A program made the position numbers and the translations under genes. Below the pieces are notes generated by a model that did no database searches, was not told where the DNA came from, and saw nothing but the letters and a program-made list of their open reading frames with translations. From Alphaproteobacteria bacterium (GTDB lineage Bacteria; Pseudomonadota; Alphaproteobacteria; Rs-D84), in NCBI GenBank assembly GCA_015062545.1, contig SUUL01000002.1:114995-178994 (forward strand): a DNA stretch of 64,000 nucleotides. Direction: 5' to 3'. Shown here piece after piece: positions 27,642 to 38,022 of the stretch. Each line of letters opens with the position of its first letter. Position 1 is the first letter of the stretch.

Positions 27642-28808
27642 CTATTTATATTTCTTCAGCATCCAATAATAACCACCTGTTATAAATACATTACATAAAA
27701 TCAGGGCGATAATTGCAAAATAAACCGATGACATGTCCGCAACAACACCAACAATCCAATATACAATCGCAGACAATATTCCACCCAATAATGCCACAAT
27801 AGACCCCATGGTGGCGCGCTGCTTGGGTGATAATTCTTTCTGTAATAATGCAGATTCTGCGGTTGATGATGTTCCATACAATATATTTACGCACGATTGT
27901 ATAAATGGTGTTGCAACATTATTTAATATCACAGCCGTCAATTTGATAACAGTCATCCCAATCGTGGATGCAACCAGTATCCTGTAAAAGCCAAACTTGC
28001 GAAAATATGGGGCGATTGAATAACTGACCGCACCGCATGTCTGCTTTATCAGGCGCGCAATGTTTACCGCCCATGTGGGAATCAATGTATTAAAGTATGC
28101 ACCTTCTAATCTGTGTGACGTGAAACTGATACTGCGGTTTAGCATTTGGATAGTTGCCAATATGCGTAATTTTTTATTCTTTATAAATGCCTTGATTGCG
28201 GTTATAAAGTGCTGTAACGAAGTCGGGTCATCTTGCGTGCGGTTTTTAGGTTCAACCAATTGTGACGTTATAAGGATTCGCCCGACACTTATTATCACAG
28301 ACACCCATGCCAACACAGTCAACGAATAAAAATATGTAACCAATGCCGCAATTAACGCACCCAACCCCATACCAATTTGCCCAAAGGTTTTGCTGCGCGC
28401 ATAAAGAATGTCATACTTATCGGATTTACGCAATTCTTCCATTGTTTCGTACATCATCGCATCATCTGTCCCAGATGCAAACGCATCCGCGATTGCCCAT
28501 ATCACACCACCAAACATAAGTAAATACTTGTACCCAAATGTCCCAGCCACAGCAAACAATACAAATGCAAGGGTCGTGATGACAGATGCCAATATCATCG
28601 TTTTTCTGCGACCTATGCGATCGGAAATGATACCCGTTGGAACTTCTGCGATACTTTGGACAATATTTGCGATAGAAAATACGCCCAATGCAAAAGCATA
28701 CGATCCGGAAATTTGCTGAAAATAAACAATAGCCAACACAGAAAGTGGCCACATATCGGCCAATAAATAATACAGCTTAAACAACAAGATATTTTTGCGA
28801 ATATTCAT
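27642..28808 (-). CDS. MFS transporter
   Basis: 388 aa polytopic membrane protein, 'GIISDRIGRRK' MFS motif A. Confidence 0.7.
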   Translation of the reverse strand: MNIRKNILLFKLYYLLADMWPLSVLAIVYFQQISGSYAFALGVFSIANIVQSIAEVPTGIISDRIGRRKTMILASVITTLAFVLFAVAGTFGYKYLLMFGGVIWAIADAFASGTDDAMMYETMEELRKSDKYDILYARSKTFGQIGMGLGALIAALVTYFYSLTVLAWVSVIISVGRILITSQLVEPKNRTQDDPTSLQHFITAIKAFIKNKKLRILATIQMLNRSISFTSHRLEGAYFNTLIPTWAVNIARLIKQTCGAVSYSIAPYFRKFGFYRILVASTIGMTVIKLTAVILNNVATPFIQSCVNILYGTSSTAESALLQKELSPKQRATMGSIVALLGGILSAIVYWIVGVVADMSSVYFAIIALILCNVFITGGYYWMLKKYK

Positions 28809-28900
28809 ACCTAAATATTATTTTTTTGACAAAATAAAGTCAATGCAAATATGAATATATTCCAAAATTGAAAACACCCCGTTGGGGTGCTTTGTTATAA

Positions 28901-28978
28901 TGGGGCGGATAACCGGACTCGAACCGGCGACATTTGGTACCACAAACCAACGCTCTAACCAACTGAGCTATATCCGCC
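28901..28978 (-). tRNA. tRNA-His (anticodon GTG)
   Basis: manual fold: extra G-1, anticodon loop ttGTGgt, T-loop TTCGAGT, CCA encoded; hairpin + T-run terminator downstream at 28866..28900. Confidence 0.85.
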
Positions 28979-29008
28979 ATACTGTGGGTCATAAGACCTG
29001 TTGAAACT

Positions 29009-29084
29009 TGGTGGAGCTGATCGGACTCGAACCGACGACCCCTTGCATGCCATGCAAGTGCTCTACCAACTGAGCTACAACCCC
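29009..29084 (-). tRNA. tRNA-Ala (anticodon GGC)
   Basis: manual fold: G3:U70 identity pair, anticodon loop atGGCat, CCA encoded. Confidence 0.8.
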
Positions 29085-29185
29085 CTTGCGCCGACTTATT
29101 TTATATATCAAACAAATAAAAGTCAAACTAAAATGATATAAAAAACCAAATTTATATGAAAAATCCCCCAAACGGGGGAATTTTA

Positions 29186-30382
29186 TCACAAAGTTTTACT
29201 TTCTATCTCGGCCGCCATCCGCTTGAAATCATCCAGTTCGCGACCACTGAAGATACCGCCCTTTAATTTCTTGGCACTTTCAATCAACTGATGCAATTTG
29301 TCTTCGTTGTTTGTCTTGGACTGACCCAAACTGTCATTTTCTTGACGCAAGGCACTGTTTTCGCTGTTCAATGTTTGGTTCTGGGTACGTGCATCTTCCA
29401 GTGTTTGTTTGGTTTCGCCCAATTCGTTATTCAGTTTTTGAACTTGTGCGTTTTTCTCTTCCAGTTGAGTATTTAATTCTGCAACCTGAGCCTGCAACGC
29501 TGTAATCCGCGCGTTTAATTCTTCAATTTTTTTCGTTTGCACATCTGGTGCCTTGGAAATATATTCTGTGCCATTTGGCAACAAAATCTTGTCCAAATCA
29601 TAAACCTGTTTAACCTGTTGTTGTATAGCCTCATTACCAGTATAATACGCACCATGTTCTACCATGTTGATAATGTGTTTAATCTTTTCCAAGTTTGGCG
29701 ATTCCTTGGACAACTCTGCTGTTATTTCCTTGCGCGCAAGTGCATCCAAATCTTGAAAAACTTTTAATATTTCTTCTGCAGAACTGTGTCTTTGGAACAG
29801 ACAATACATCAACCTCAATAAATCTGCACTGGTTGCATGCTTATTGTTTGCACACATAATATTTGCTTGATATTCACTTTCTGATACACTTCTGTTGTTG
29901 CTGGCAAATTGGCTTAGGGCTTTTAATGCGCGATACTGAATTGCCTCGTCTGTTATTGTTTTTACTTTCTGCAAGGTAATCATTTTATAACGTTCACCAT
30001 CGGTTGGATTGATATTAGATACGTTATAATAAGGATTAGGATCGCTGGCATAGTATGCCCTGAGGACAGATTCCAAACGTTCTTTGAACATATTGGTCAT
30101 ACTGTCATACGGTGCTGCCTTGGCTTTTTTAACATCCGAAATAAATTTAGACAGTATTTCATATTTTTTGCGTTCTTCTGGCGTTTTTAAGTCTTTTTCC
30201 ATGGCACGCACGCTTTCTTGCAGACTGTCAAAATCATTTTGTCCTTTGTCAGTACTGTCGCTTAGGTATTCAAAACACTGTGCCCAAATTGCATTTCGAT
30301 ACAAGTACCCCCAAATATTCCCCTGTTCGCCCAATATCAAGTCAACCAGTTGTTCATACTTCATGAATTCGTATTCTGCCAT
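29186..30382 (-). CDS. coiled-coil hypothetical protein (paralog A)
   Basis: 398 aa; C-terminal heptad-rich 'ELNARITALQAQVAELNTQLEEKNAQVQKL'; AAAGGGG RBS. Confidence 0.55.
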   Translation of the reverse strand: MAEYEFMKYEQLVDLILGEQGNIWGYLYRNAIWAQCFEYLSDSTDKGQNDFDSLQESVRAMEKDLKTPEERKKYEILSKFISDVKKAKAAPYDSMTNMFKERLESVLRAYYASDPNPYYNVSNINPTDGERYKMITLQKVKTITDEAIQYRALKALSQFASNNRSVSESEYQANIMCANNKHATSADLLRLMYCLFQRHSSAEEILKVFQDLDALARKEITAELSKESPNLEKIKHIINMVEHGAYYTGNEAIQQQVKQVYDLDKILLPNGTEYISKAPDVQTKKIEELNARITALQAQVAELNTQLEEKNAQVQKLNNELGETKQTLEDARTQNQTLNSENSALRQENDSLGQSKTNNEDKLHQLIESAKKLKGGIFSGRELDDFKRMAAEIESKTL

Positions 30383-30504
30383 TACATTCCCCTTTCTTTT
30401 TCCCGTATTTTACCATATTTTGTGATATATTCCTAATGTTTTTACACTTGTTTCCAAATAAAAAGTGGCGTATATTTACGCCACTTTCTTTGCTTATGCG
30501 ATAA

Positions 30505-31563
30505 TTATCTTATTTTTTCTTTCAATTCTTTTTCTATCAACCCAGCCCGTTGCTGTGCTGCTTTGACACCACGACTGAAAAGACTTGGACGAGTGCGCTG
30601 AATCGCGTACAGTAAATCCACAATTTTTTCTTCGTACAGTTTAATCTTTTGACGCAAGTCGCTGTTATTTGACTGCAAGGTCATTTTTTCTTGACTTAAT
30701 TCTGATGTTTTCTTGTCAGATTCTGCTTTTAATGCATCAATTTCTGCACGCAGTTTTGTGTTTTCTGCTTCTAATTTTGTAACCTGGCGCGCAAATACAT
30801 CTGGCATAGATGATATGTATTTCGCTGCGTTTGGGGTTAAAAATTTTTCTTCGGAATATTCCTGACATATCTTCTTGTATTCTTCGGAATATATACCATA
30901 TAACTTCACCGCACAACCTTGTACACGTTGAATGATATATTTAATCTGTTGAGTATTTGGAACAGGCGATTCCAGTATTTCACGAATTTCACGACGCGCA
31001 CATGTTTCCAATTTTGCAAATATATCAGCCTGATGTTCCTTTGGTGATACTTGGAACAACAAAGCAATATCATAAATGGTTGCCAAAGACTGATTTGCAA
31101 CCAATGTTATTATTTGACGACACAATGAGTTTTCGCGTCCCCATACAGTTTCTGCATACTTACGCAACAATAATGCCGCATTGTATGCAACATGCGCATC
31201 TTTAATATCATGAAAACGCAGTAAAAATGCCTGTAATGTGTTTGTATTAAAATCAGATTTCTGGAGATAGGTATCGTTCAAAATCTCTGACAAGGACAGC
31301 ATAAAATACATTTGGTTGAAAAATTCATCATTGGCCTTGGGATTACGCAACGCCATTTCCAACTGCTTCATCAATGGTGTGTACGCGGCAGTATTGCGCC
31401 CCATTTCAATTGATGACAATGCTTTTTTCAAAACAGGTTCCCTGTCCACAAATGGATGCTGTTTGCGCAAATCTTTCATAATATTCGCCACCCATGATTG
31501 TGGATTCAAAATTAACTCTTTGACCGCAGATGTAAAATCTATAACAACTTTGTTTTCCATGCT
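30505..31563 (-). CDS. coiled-coil hypothetical protein (paralog B)
   Basis: shares the 'YIS..PDV...' region and C-terminal coiled coil with paralog A; start chosen at the Met with an AAGGA RBS. Confidence 0.55.
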   Translation of the reverse strand, partial: SMENKVVIDFTSAVKELILNPQSWVANIMKDLRKQHPFVDREPVLKKALSSIEMGRNTAAYTPLMKQLEMALRNPKANDEFFNQMYFMLSLSEILNDTYLQKSDFNTNTLQAFLLRFHDIKDAHVAYNAALLLRKYAETVWGRENSLCRQIITLVANQSLATIYDIALLFQVSPKEHQADIFAKLETCARREIREILESPVPNTQQIKYIIQRVQGCAVKLYGIYSEEYKKICQEYSEEKFLTPNAAKYISSMPDVFARQVTKLEAENTKLRAEIDALKAESDKKTSELSQEKMTLQSNNSDLRQKIKLYEEKIVDLLYAIQRTRPSLFSRGVKAAQQRAGLIEKELKEKIR

Positions 31564-31700
31564 TTTTCCTTTAGCTTGTTTGTTATCACACTGTAAATAT
31601 AGTACTTTTATATTTTTTGTCAAGTAATATTATTTATATTTCTTCTTGCCAAGCGCGGAGTCAATTTGCTACTCTCTGCTTAGATACAAGGAGTTTTATT

Positions 31701-32261
31701 ATGGATTATTCTTTACTGAAAGGCGAAGTAGAACAGAAAACCGCACAAACACTGGAAGTTCTGAAGGGACAATATGCAGGTTTGCGTACTGGACGTGCAT
31801 CTGTACATTTATTGGATGCGGTACGCGTGCCAGTATATGGCGCAGAAATGCCAATTAATCAGGTCGCAACTGTCGCAACACCAGATAATCAAACACTGTC
31901 TGTAACCGTTTGGGATATTACAAATGCACCAGCCGTAGAGAAAGCCATTCGCGATTCCGGTTTGGGCTTGAACCCAATGACCGCAGGTGGGGTTATTCGC
32001 TTGAATATGCCACCTTTGACCGAAGAACGCCGTAAAGAATTAACAAAAGTTGCCGGCAAATATGCCGAAGAAGCAAAGATTTCTATGCGTAATATTCGTC
32101 AAGATGCCATGGGTAAAATTAAACGCGCAGTTACAGATAAAGAAATCTCTGAAGACGATCAGCGCAAATACGAAGATGATTTACAGAAAGTCTTTGACAA
32201 GCGCGCCACAGAAGTAGATGCCTTGGCAAAAGAAAAAGAAGCTGACATTATGTCTGTTTAA
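31701..32261 (+). CDS. frr: ribosome recycling factor
   Basis: AAGGAG RBS; 'VRVPVYGAEMPINQVATV...NPMTAGGVIRLNMPPLTEERRKEL' Frr signature. Confidence 0.9.
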   Translation: MDYSLLKGEVEQKTAQTLEVLKGQYAGLRTGRASVHLLDAVRVPVYGAEMPINQVATVATPDNQTLSVTVWDITNAPAVEKAIRDSGLGLNPMTAGGVIRLNMPPLTEERRKELTKVAGKYAEEAKISMRNIRQDAMGKIKRAVTDKEISEDDQRKYEDDLQKVFDKRATEVDALAKEKEADIMSV

Positions 32262-32285
32262 CTGATAAAAACGGGAATGTAGGAT

Positions 32286-33044
32286 ATGTGGAAACTGTTC
32301 AAAAAGAAACAGCCGGTTGATGTGGCGGCAAATAAAGTGCCACAGCACATCGCATTTATTTGCGATGGCAATCGCCGCTGGGCAGAAATGCGCGGCTTGC
32401 CACCATTGATGGGGCATCAAGCAGGTATCGCAAATTTTGAGAATCTGGTTGATTGGTTCATGAAACGTGGTGTTTCAACAATTACATTTTATATTTTTTC
32501 AACCGAAAACTGGAAGCGCAGCAAGGAAGAAGTAGATTTCTTGATGGATCTGTTTTATACCGAATTGAAAAAAAACATGAAACATGCCGTGGAAAAAAAC
32601 TTGCGTTATCGTGTAATTGGATCACGCGACAAATTGCCAAAACGTCTGGCAAATCTGTGCGATAAATTGGAAGAAACATCCGCAGAAGGCAGCGCAGGAA
32701 CCGTGGTGTTTGCATTGAACTATGGCGGCCAAGATGAAATCATCAACGCTGTTAATGCCGCAGTGGATGCCGGTGAACACGTTACACGCGACACGTTCGA
32801 AACATTTCTGGACACAGGTGATTTGTTGCCGGTGGATTTGATGGTGCGTACCAGTAACGAACACAGAATTTCCAATTACTTGCTGTGGAAATTGGCATAC
32901 GCAGAATTACTGTTTGTGCCAGAACACTGGCCAGATTTGGTAAAAAATGAAAAACTGTGGCAACATGTCTTGGATGAATTTGCAACACGCAACCGCAGAT
33001 TTGGGGGCGGAAAGAAAGCAAACTATCTGGGCAATAAAAAATAA
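32286..33044 (+). CDS. uppS: undecaprenyl diphosphate synthase
   Basis: 'HIAFICDGNRRWA', 'FSTENWKRS', 'RTSNEHRISNYLLW' motifs. Confidence 0.9.
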   Translation: MWKLFKKKQPVDVAANKVPQHIAFICDGNRRWAEMRGLPPLMGHQAGIANFENLVDWFMKRGVSTITFYIFSTENWKRSKEEVDFLMDLFYTELKKNMKHAVEKNLRYRVIGSRDKLPKRLANLCDKLEETSAEGSAGTVVFALNYGGQDEIINAVNAAVDAGEHVTRDTFETFLDTGDLLPVDLMVRTSNEHRISNYLLWKLAYAELLFVPEHWPDLVKNEKLWQHVLDEFATRNRRFGGGKKANYLGNKK

Positions 33045-33068
33045 TACAACATACTGAAAGGAAGGGCT

Positions 33069-33713
33069 ATGTCAGATACATCAAAAAGAATTATTGTCGG
33101 ACTTGTAATGGCAACGATTGCGGGGTTGGCAGCGTTGGGCGAATACTATGGAATTCCAACCGTGCGATATCTGGGGATAATAATCGTTTTGGCAATGATT
33201 GTTGAATATGCGATGTGTATGCTGCGTGCAGACCACAAGGTTATAAAACAAAACTGGATAACGTTTGGCGGGTTCTTGGTGTTGTTAATGCTGATGTTGG
33301 CGGCAATAAATGCCGTGGGAAATCGTCCATGGATTATATTGTTGATGCTGCTGACAATCGCAGGCGCAGATATTGGCGCATGGTTCTTTGGTCGCTTGAT
33401 TGGCGGGGATAAAATGTGGGAACGTTTGTCCGCGGGCAAAACATGGTCGGGACAAATCGCAGGAATTTTATGCGGAACATTTGCGTCTGTGATGTACGGC
33501 CTGTTAGGTGCCGATACGTTTATGCCACAACTGATGTGGATTGGTATCAGTATCGCTTTGTTGTCACAATATGGCGACCTGACTGCCAGTTATGTAAAAC
33601 GCACGTTGGGCATTAAAGATTTTGGCACAATTTTGCCAGGACATGGCGGTATCTTAGACAGATTTGACGGGTGGATTTATGCGTTGCCATTGGTTTGGTT
33701 GATTATGCTGTAA
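33069..33713 (+). CDS. cdsA: phosphatidate cytidylyltransferase
   Basis: polytopic; C-terminal 'SYVKRTLGIKDFGTILPGHGGILDRFD' CTP-transferase signature. Confidence 0.85.
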   Translation: MSDTSKRIIVGLVMATIAGLAALGEYYGIPTVRYLGIIIVLAMIVEYAMCMLRADHKVIKQNWITFGGFLVLLMLMLAAINAVGNRPWIILLMLLTIAGADIGAWFFGRLIGGDKMWERLSAGKTWSGQIAGILCGTFASVMYGLLGADTFMPQLMWIGISIALLSQYGDLTASYVKRTLGIKDFGTILPGHGGILDRFDGWIYALPLVWLIML

Positions 33714-33739
33714 TATCTGAAAAGTAAAAAGGGAAAGAT

Positions 33740-34813
33740 ATGCAAATTTTGGTTACGATTGCTGCGTTATTAATTGTACTGGGCGTGGTTGTATTTGTCC
33801 ATGAACTGGGGCATTTTTTGGCTGCACGATGGGCCGGCGTACGTGTAGATACCTTTTCAATCGGATTTGGCCCAGCCATTGTAAAATGGCACGACAAACG
33901 TGGCACACAATGGAAAATCGCATGTCTGCCGTTGGGGGGGTATGTGTCTATCTATGGCCAAGAAGACATGTTTAACCGTAAAAAATACAAAGAATTATCA
34001 CCCGACCAAAAAAAGGGACATTATCTGTCTGCACCTGCGTGGAAGCAATTTATTATTATTGGGGCCGGTGTATTTATGAACTTTGTGTTGGCGTGGCTGT
34101 TGTATTCTTCTTTGTTTATGTTCAAACCCAGTTTGGTAAGTAATACTCAATTACCTGTAATTGGGCAGGTAGTTCAAGAATCTGTCGCATTTAATGCGGG
34201 CGTGCGCGCAGGTGATACAATCGTCAGAATTGATGATGAAAAAATTACAAATTGGGGCGAAGTGATTCTGGCCAAAGAATTGGCATCCGGACGGGATGCA
34301 GATGTTTTAATCGTGCGTGAAGACAAACTGATTCAGGTAAAATTGGCACCGGCAGAACGTTGGGGAATGGTCGCAGATGGCGCACGCAAGGCAGAACCAC
34401 AAAATCAAAACTTGGTTCGCGCATTATATTCAGGGGCGCGCAAGACGTACTATGAATCCAAAACACTGTTGGTGGTTTTGAAGCAGATTATTACAGGCGA
34501 ACGTTCATCAAAACAGTTGGGCTCGTTTATCACAATCGCAGAATATTCTGGCAAGGCAATATCTGATGGATTCTTTACACTGTTGTCGTTAATTGCGTTG
34601 TTGTCGGTTAATTTGGGAATATTAAACTTGATGCCATTACCGGTGTTGGATGGGGGATACCTGCTGATATTGATTATAGAGGCAATTACACGTAGAAAAT
34701 TACAAGGGCGCGGAATGGAATTTGCAATTATGGCGGGTTGGGTTCTGATTCTGGGGCTGTTCTTGCTGACGATGTGGAATGATTTGGCGCGTGTATTTGG
34801 GTTAAATGGGTGA
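33740..34813 (+). CDS. rseP: RIP metalloprotease RseP
   Basis: 'HELGHFLAARWAG' HExxH in TM1, PDZ region, 'LNLMPLPVLDGG' LDG motif. Confidence 0.9.
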   Translation: MQILVTIAALLIVLGVVVFVHELGHFLAARWAGVRVDTFSIGFGPAIVKWHDKRGTQWKIACLPLGGYVSIYGQEDMFNRKKYKELSPDQKKGHYLSAPAWKQFIIIGAGVFMNFVLAWLLYSSLFMFKPSLVSNTQLPVIGQVVQESVAFNAGVRAGDTIVRIDDEKITNWGEVILAKELASGRDADVLIVREDKLIQVKLAPAERWGMVADGARKAEPQNQNLVRALYSGARKTYYESKTLLVVLKQIITGERSSKQLGSFITIAEYSGKAISDGFFTLLSLIALLSVNLGILNLMPLPVLDGGYLLILIIEAITRRKLQGRGMEFAIMAGWVLILGLFLLTMWNDLARVFGLNG

Positions 34814-37092
34814 TGAAAATGAAAAAAGTTTCAGTAATTGCGATTTTATCATCTGTTGTCACCCTGCCCGTGTGGGCCGTCAATGTGACACGTATTGAGG
34901 TTTCCGGAAATCAACGTATGGATGCAGAATCAATACGTATATTGTCTGATGTCAAGGTTGGTGACAATGTCGGTGTAATGCGTACAAATGAAATTATCAA
35001 AAAATTGGATGCCAGTGGATATTTTTCTGAAATCAATGTAAAAATGGATGGAAATATCCTGAAAATCGTGGTTACAGAGGCACCTATTATCAATATGGTT
35101 ACCGTTGAAGGTAATGATGAAATTTCAACAGACGATTTGAAAAAAGAAATCAGAACAAAAGAACGCACTTCGTATGATGCAGCAACAATCGGGGCCGATG
35201 TGCAACGTATGTTAACCGTATATCAACGCAAAGGATTCTTTGGCACCAGAATTGAACCACAACGAATTGAACTGGATGATAATCGCGTGAATGTGGTATA
35301 TGAAATCCGCGAAGGTCACCCAACATGGATTACAGATATTAAGTTTGAAGGCAACAAAAAATTTAGTGACCGTACGTTGCGTGGCGAACTGTTGTCGCGC
35401 GAACATGCATGGTGGCGTTTTATGACACAATTTGATACGTTTGACGAAGACCGTATCCAATACGATGGGCAAATGTTGCGCCAGTTCTATTTGCGAAACG
35501 GATATGTGGACTTTGCCGTCAAAAACACAAATGGAACATTTACCCCAGACCGTGAATATTATTCGGTGGTGTTTACTGTTGACGAAGGGGAACAGTATGA
35601 TTTCGGCAAATTAAGTGTGGACAATCCGTTCCCGGACATCCCGACTGATGAACTGATTGATGTGATTGTAGCCAAATCCGGAAAAACTTATAACATTGAC
35701 TTGGTTGATGAAACAATGTCTGCCCTGCGCAGCAAAGTTGCCGATTATGGATATGCGTTTATATCGGTCGAACCCATTCCCACAAAAAACGATAAAGACA
35801 ATACCATTGACCTGGTATTCAAAATACAGAAAACAAATCGTATTTACTTGAATACTATTAATATTCTGGGAAATGTGCGTACATTTGATTCTGTGATTGA
35901 ACAACTGATTCCGATGCGTTCGGGCGACCCCTTTTCATTACAGACCATCGAAGAAGGTCGGCAAAAGTTAATGCGAACACGTTACTTCAAAGATGTTCAG
36001 ATGATTCCAACACGTGTGGCGGATTCGAATATGATGAATCTGGACATCAAGGTTGAAGAACAGCCAACAGGCGAACTGTCTGGTGGTTTTGGTTGGTCAA
36101 ACATCAATGGATTTATGGTTGATGCGGGAATCACAGAAAATAACTTTATGGGACGCGGACAAATTGTACAACTGCGCGCATCAATCGCGGAATACCAAAA
36201 ACAGGCTTTGTTCAGTTTTACAGAACCATATTTGTTTGGTCGCCAGCTGTCTGGGGGTGTTGATGTATCTTATACCATGTATGATTATTCATCGTTGGGT
36301 GGTTTTGGATATGATCGCGACAGTTTGATGGTTGCAGGACGAATGGGATGGCGACTGACCGACCATTGGACGCAAAATGTCAGATTGTCTGCATCTTTTG
36401 ACCAGAATTACGACATTCAGGCAGATGATGGTTGGCAAGATGCAACACTGTTCACGCTTAGCACAAATTTCAGATACCATAATCTGGACACAAATTTTGA
36501 ACAGAATACACATACTGGGGTTGTGGCAAATCTGGGGATGGCATATACCGGGTTTGGCGGAACAGAATCTTATATGCGGTACAGTGGTGATATTATTGGT
36601 ATGGTAAATTTCTGGGGGGACAAGTGGCAGCTGCGTTCTTCGTTGGACTTTGGGTATATTCAGCCGCTGGACAATGATTATGTATCACGTGTATATCGTT
36701 ATTTCTTGGGTGGGGAAAGTCTGCGCGGTTTTGATGTCGCAGGGGTCGGTTCGCGACTGTGGTACAACACAACGTACGCGTTGGGCGGATTGTGGAAAAT
36801 AAACGGTTCAACCCAGTTGAATTTCCCAATCTTTATCCCAGACGAATATCAGATAAAGGGATTTGTCTTTGCAGACTATGGTGTATTGGGTAAACCACCA
36901 AAGAAAGAATACACAGATCCAATGTATCATTTGCCAAACTATATTGATGACAGTATCAGAACATCTGTTGGATTTGGTATCTACTGGAATACACCAATGG
37001 GCCCAATGAACTTCAGCTGGGGCTGGCCAATGAAATTAACAGATTATGACCGTGAACAAAGATTCTTGCTGTCGTTTGAAACACAGTTTTAG
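34810..37092 (+). CDS. bamA: outer membrane protein assembly factor BamA
   Basis: 760 aa, signal peptide, POTRA repeats, C-terminal beta-barrel ending in aromatic residue. Confidence 0.9.
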   Translation: MMKMKKVSVIAILSSVVTLPVWAVNVTRIEVSGNQRMDAESIRILSDVKVGDNVGVMRTNEIIKKLDASGYFSEINVKMDGNILKIVVTEAPIINMVTVEGNDEISTDDLKKEIRTKERTSYDAATIGADVQRMLTVYQRKGFFGTRIEPQRIELDDNRVNVVYEIREGHPTWITDIKFEGNKKFSDRTLRGELLSREHAWWRFMTQFDTFDEDRIQYDGQMLRQFYLRNGYVDFAVKNTNGTFTPDREYYSVVFTVDEGEQYDFGKLSVDNPFPDIPTDELIDVIVAKSGKTYNIDLVDETMSALRSKVADYGYAFISVEPIPTKNDKDNTIDLVFKIQKTNRIYLNTINILGNVRTFDSVIEQLIPMRSGDPFSLQTIEEGRQKLMRTRYFKDVQMIPTRVADSNMMNLDIKVEEQPTGELSGGFGWSNINGFMVDAGITENNFMGRGQIVQLRASIAEYQKQALFSFTEPYLFGRQLSGGVDVSYTMYDYSSLGGFGYDRDSLMVAGRMGWRLTDHWTQNVRLSASFDQNYDIQADDGWQDATLFTLSTNFRYHNLDTNFEQNTHTGVVANLGMAYTGFGGTESYMRYSGDIIGMVNFWGDKWQLRSSLDFGYIQPLDNDYVSRVYRYFLGGESLRGFDVAGVGSRLWYNTTYALGGLWKINGSTQLNFPIFIPDEYQIKGFVFADYGVLGKPPKKEYTDPMYHLPNYIDDSIRTSVGFGIYWNTPMGPMNFSWGWPMKLTDYDREQRFLLSFETQF

Positions 37093-37151
37093 TCTTGACG
37101 GGGAATATGGATTTTTCTTATAATTCATATCATAGATGGAAGGAGACGTAC

Positions 37152-37298
37152 ATGAAGAAAGTATTTTTAGGATTGTTCGTGGCACTATGCTTGGCCGGCT
37201 GTGGTCAGGTTTATGATCGTGAACCCGTTGGTGTCGGTTACGATAATAATGAATTAAAGCTTAGCCCATGTGCATGCATCATGGTATATCAGGCATAA
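37152..37298 (+). CDS. small lipoprotein
   Basis: 'MKKVFLGLFVALCLAGCGQ' lipobox. Confidence 0.5.
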   Translation: MKKVFLGLFVALCLAGCGQVYDREPVGVGYDNNELKLSPCACIMVYQA

Positions 37299-38022
37299 CC
37301 CACATCATTTATGGGGGGGCCAGGTGAAGTATCCAGACGATTTTGATACACCGTCTTTTCCTGCGGGCAGACCTGTGGCTGTTTCCCGTATGCTTTCTGT
37401 TGCAGTGATGATTGTGTTTGTATTAATCGCGTTTACCTGCGCAATGTTATTCTGGACACAACGTTCTGTACAGGTGCACCCTTTTTTGGTTTCAATAAAC
37501 CCGATAACCAGTCAGTGGGAAATTGTCGGGCATCAACATAAGGAAACAGCAGAAATTAGCGCAGCACGCGCACTGCAGGAATCTGTTATCGGAAAATTTA
37601 TGCGTAACTGGTTCTGGATTGTTAATGATGAAGATATAAACAGCGCACGTTGGAAATCATGTGACCGCATAACAGAATGTGCGCCAAACAGTGTTACGGA
37701 TGTACTGGCAGACGAATGTGCAATATATTGCATATCCAGCGAAGAAATGTATTTGCATTTCGTTGAACAAATTGTGCCAAATTATCAAATACGTGTTATG
37801 AACGGTGAAAACTGGGAATTAGACATGTCTTCGTTGCAAATAACGCCTGTTGGTGCCGTTAATGCGGCCGGGGGAACGTGGCAAATTCGTGCAAATATAA
37901 TATCAAATATATCTGGAATAATTACAATATTGGCTTATGCACAAGTTGGATACGAAAAAGACGAATATGCAAAAACCATGGGGTACTATGTAAAAGATTT
38001 TAACGCGTACAAGATACAATGA
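37270..38022 (+). CDS. bitopic membrane protein, hypothetical (start uncertain; GTG at 37324 with GGGGG RBS possible)
   Basis: single N-terminal TM 'MLSVAVMIVFVLIAFTCAMLFW' followed by ~190-aa soluble domain. Confidence 0.45.
   Translation: MHASWYIRHNPHHLWGGQVKYPDDFDTPSFPAGRPVAVSRMLSVAVMIVFVLIAFTCAMLFWTQRSVQVHPFLVSINPITSQWEIVGHQHKETAEISAARALQESVIGKFMRNWFWIVNDEDINSARWKSCDRITECAPNSVTDVLADECAIYCISSEEMYLHFVEQIVPNYQIRVMNGENWELDMSSLQITPVGAVNAAGGTWQIRANIISNISGIITILAYAQVGYEKDEYAKTMGYYVKDFNAYKIQ

Noticed and set aside
28866-28978. Treating 14248..28919 as a single 14.6-kb island bounded by the 49-bp tRNA-His repeats
   Set aside because: The interval contains core-type genes (recG, M48 protease, two MFS) and an intact tRNA-Lys with its own nested element. 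The repeat includes the tRNA's downstream terminator, so a truncated second tRNA-His copy or a rearrangement is at least as likely as a clean att pair. It is reported as a hotspot, not as a defined island.
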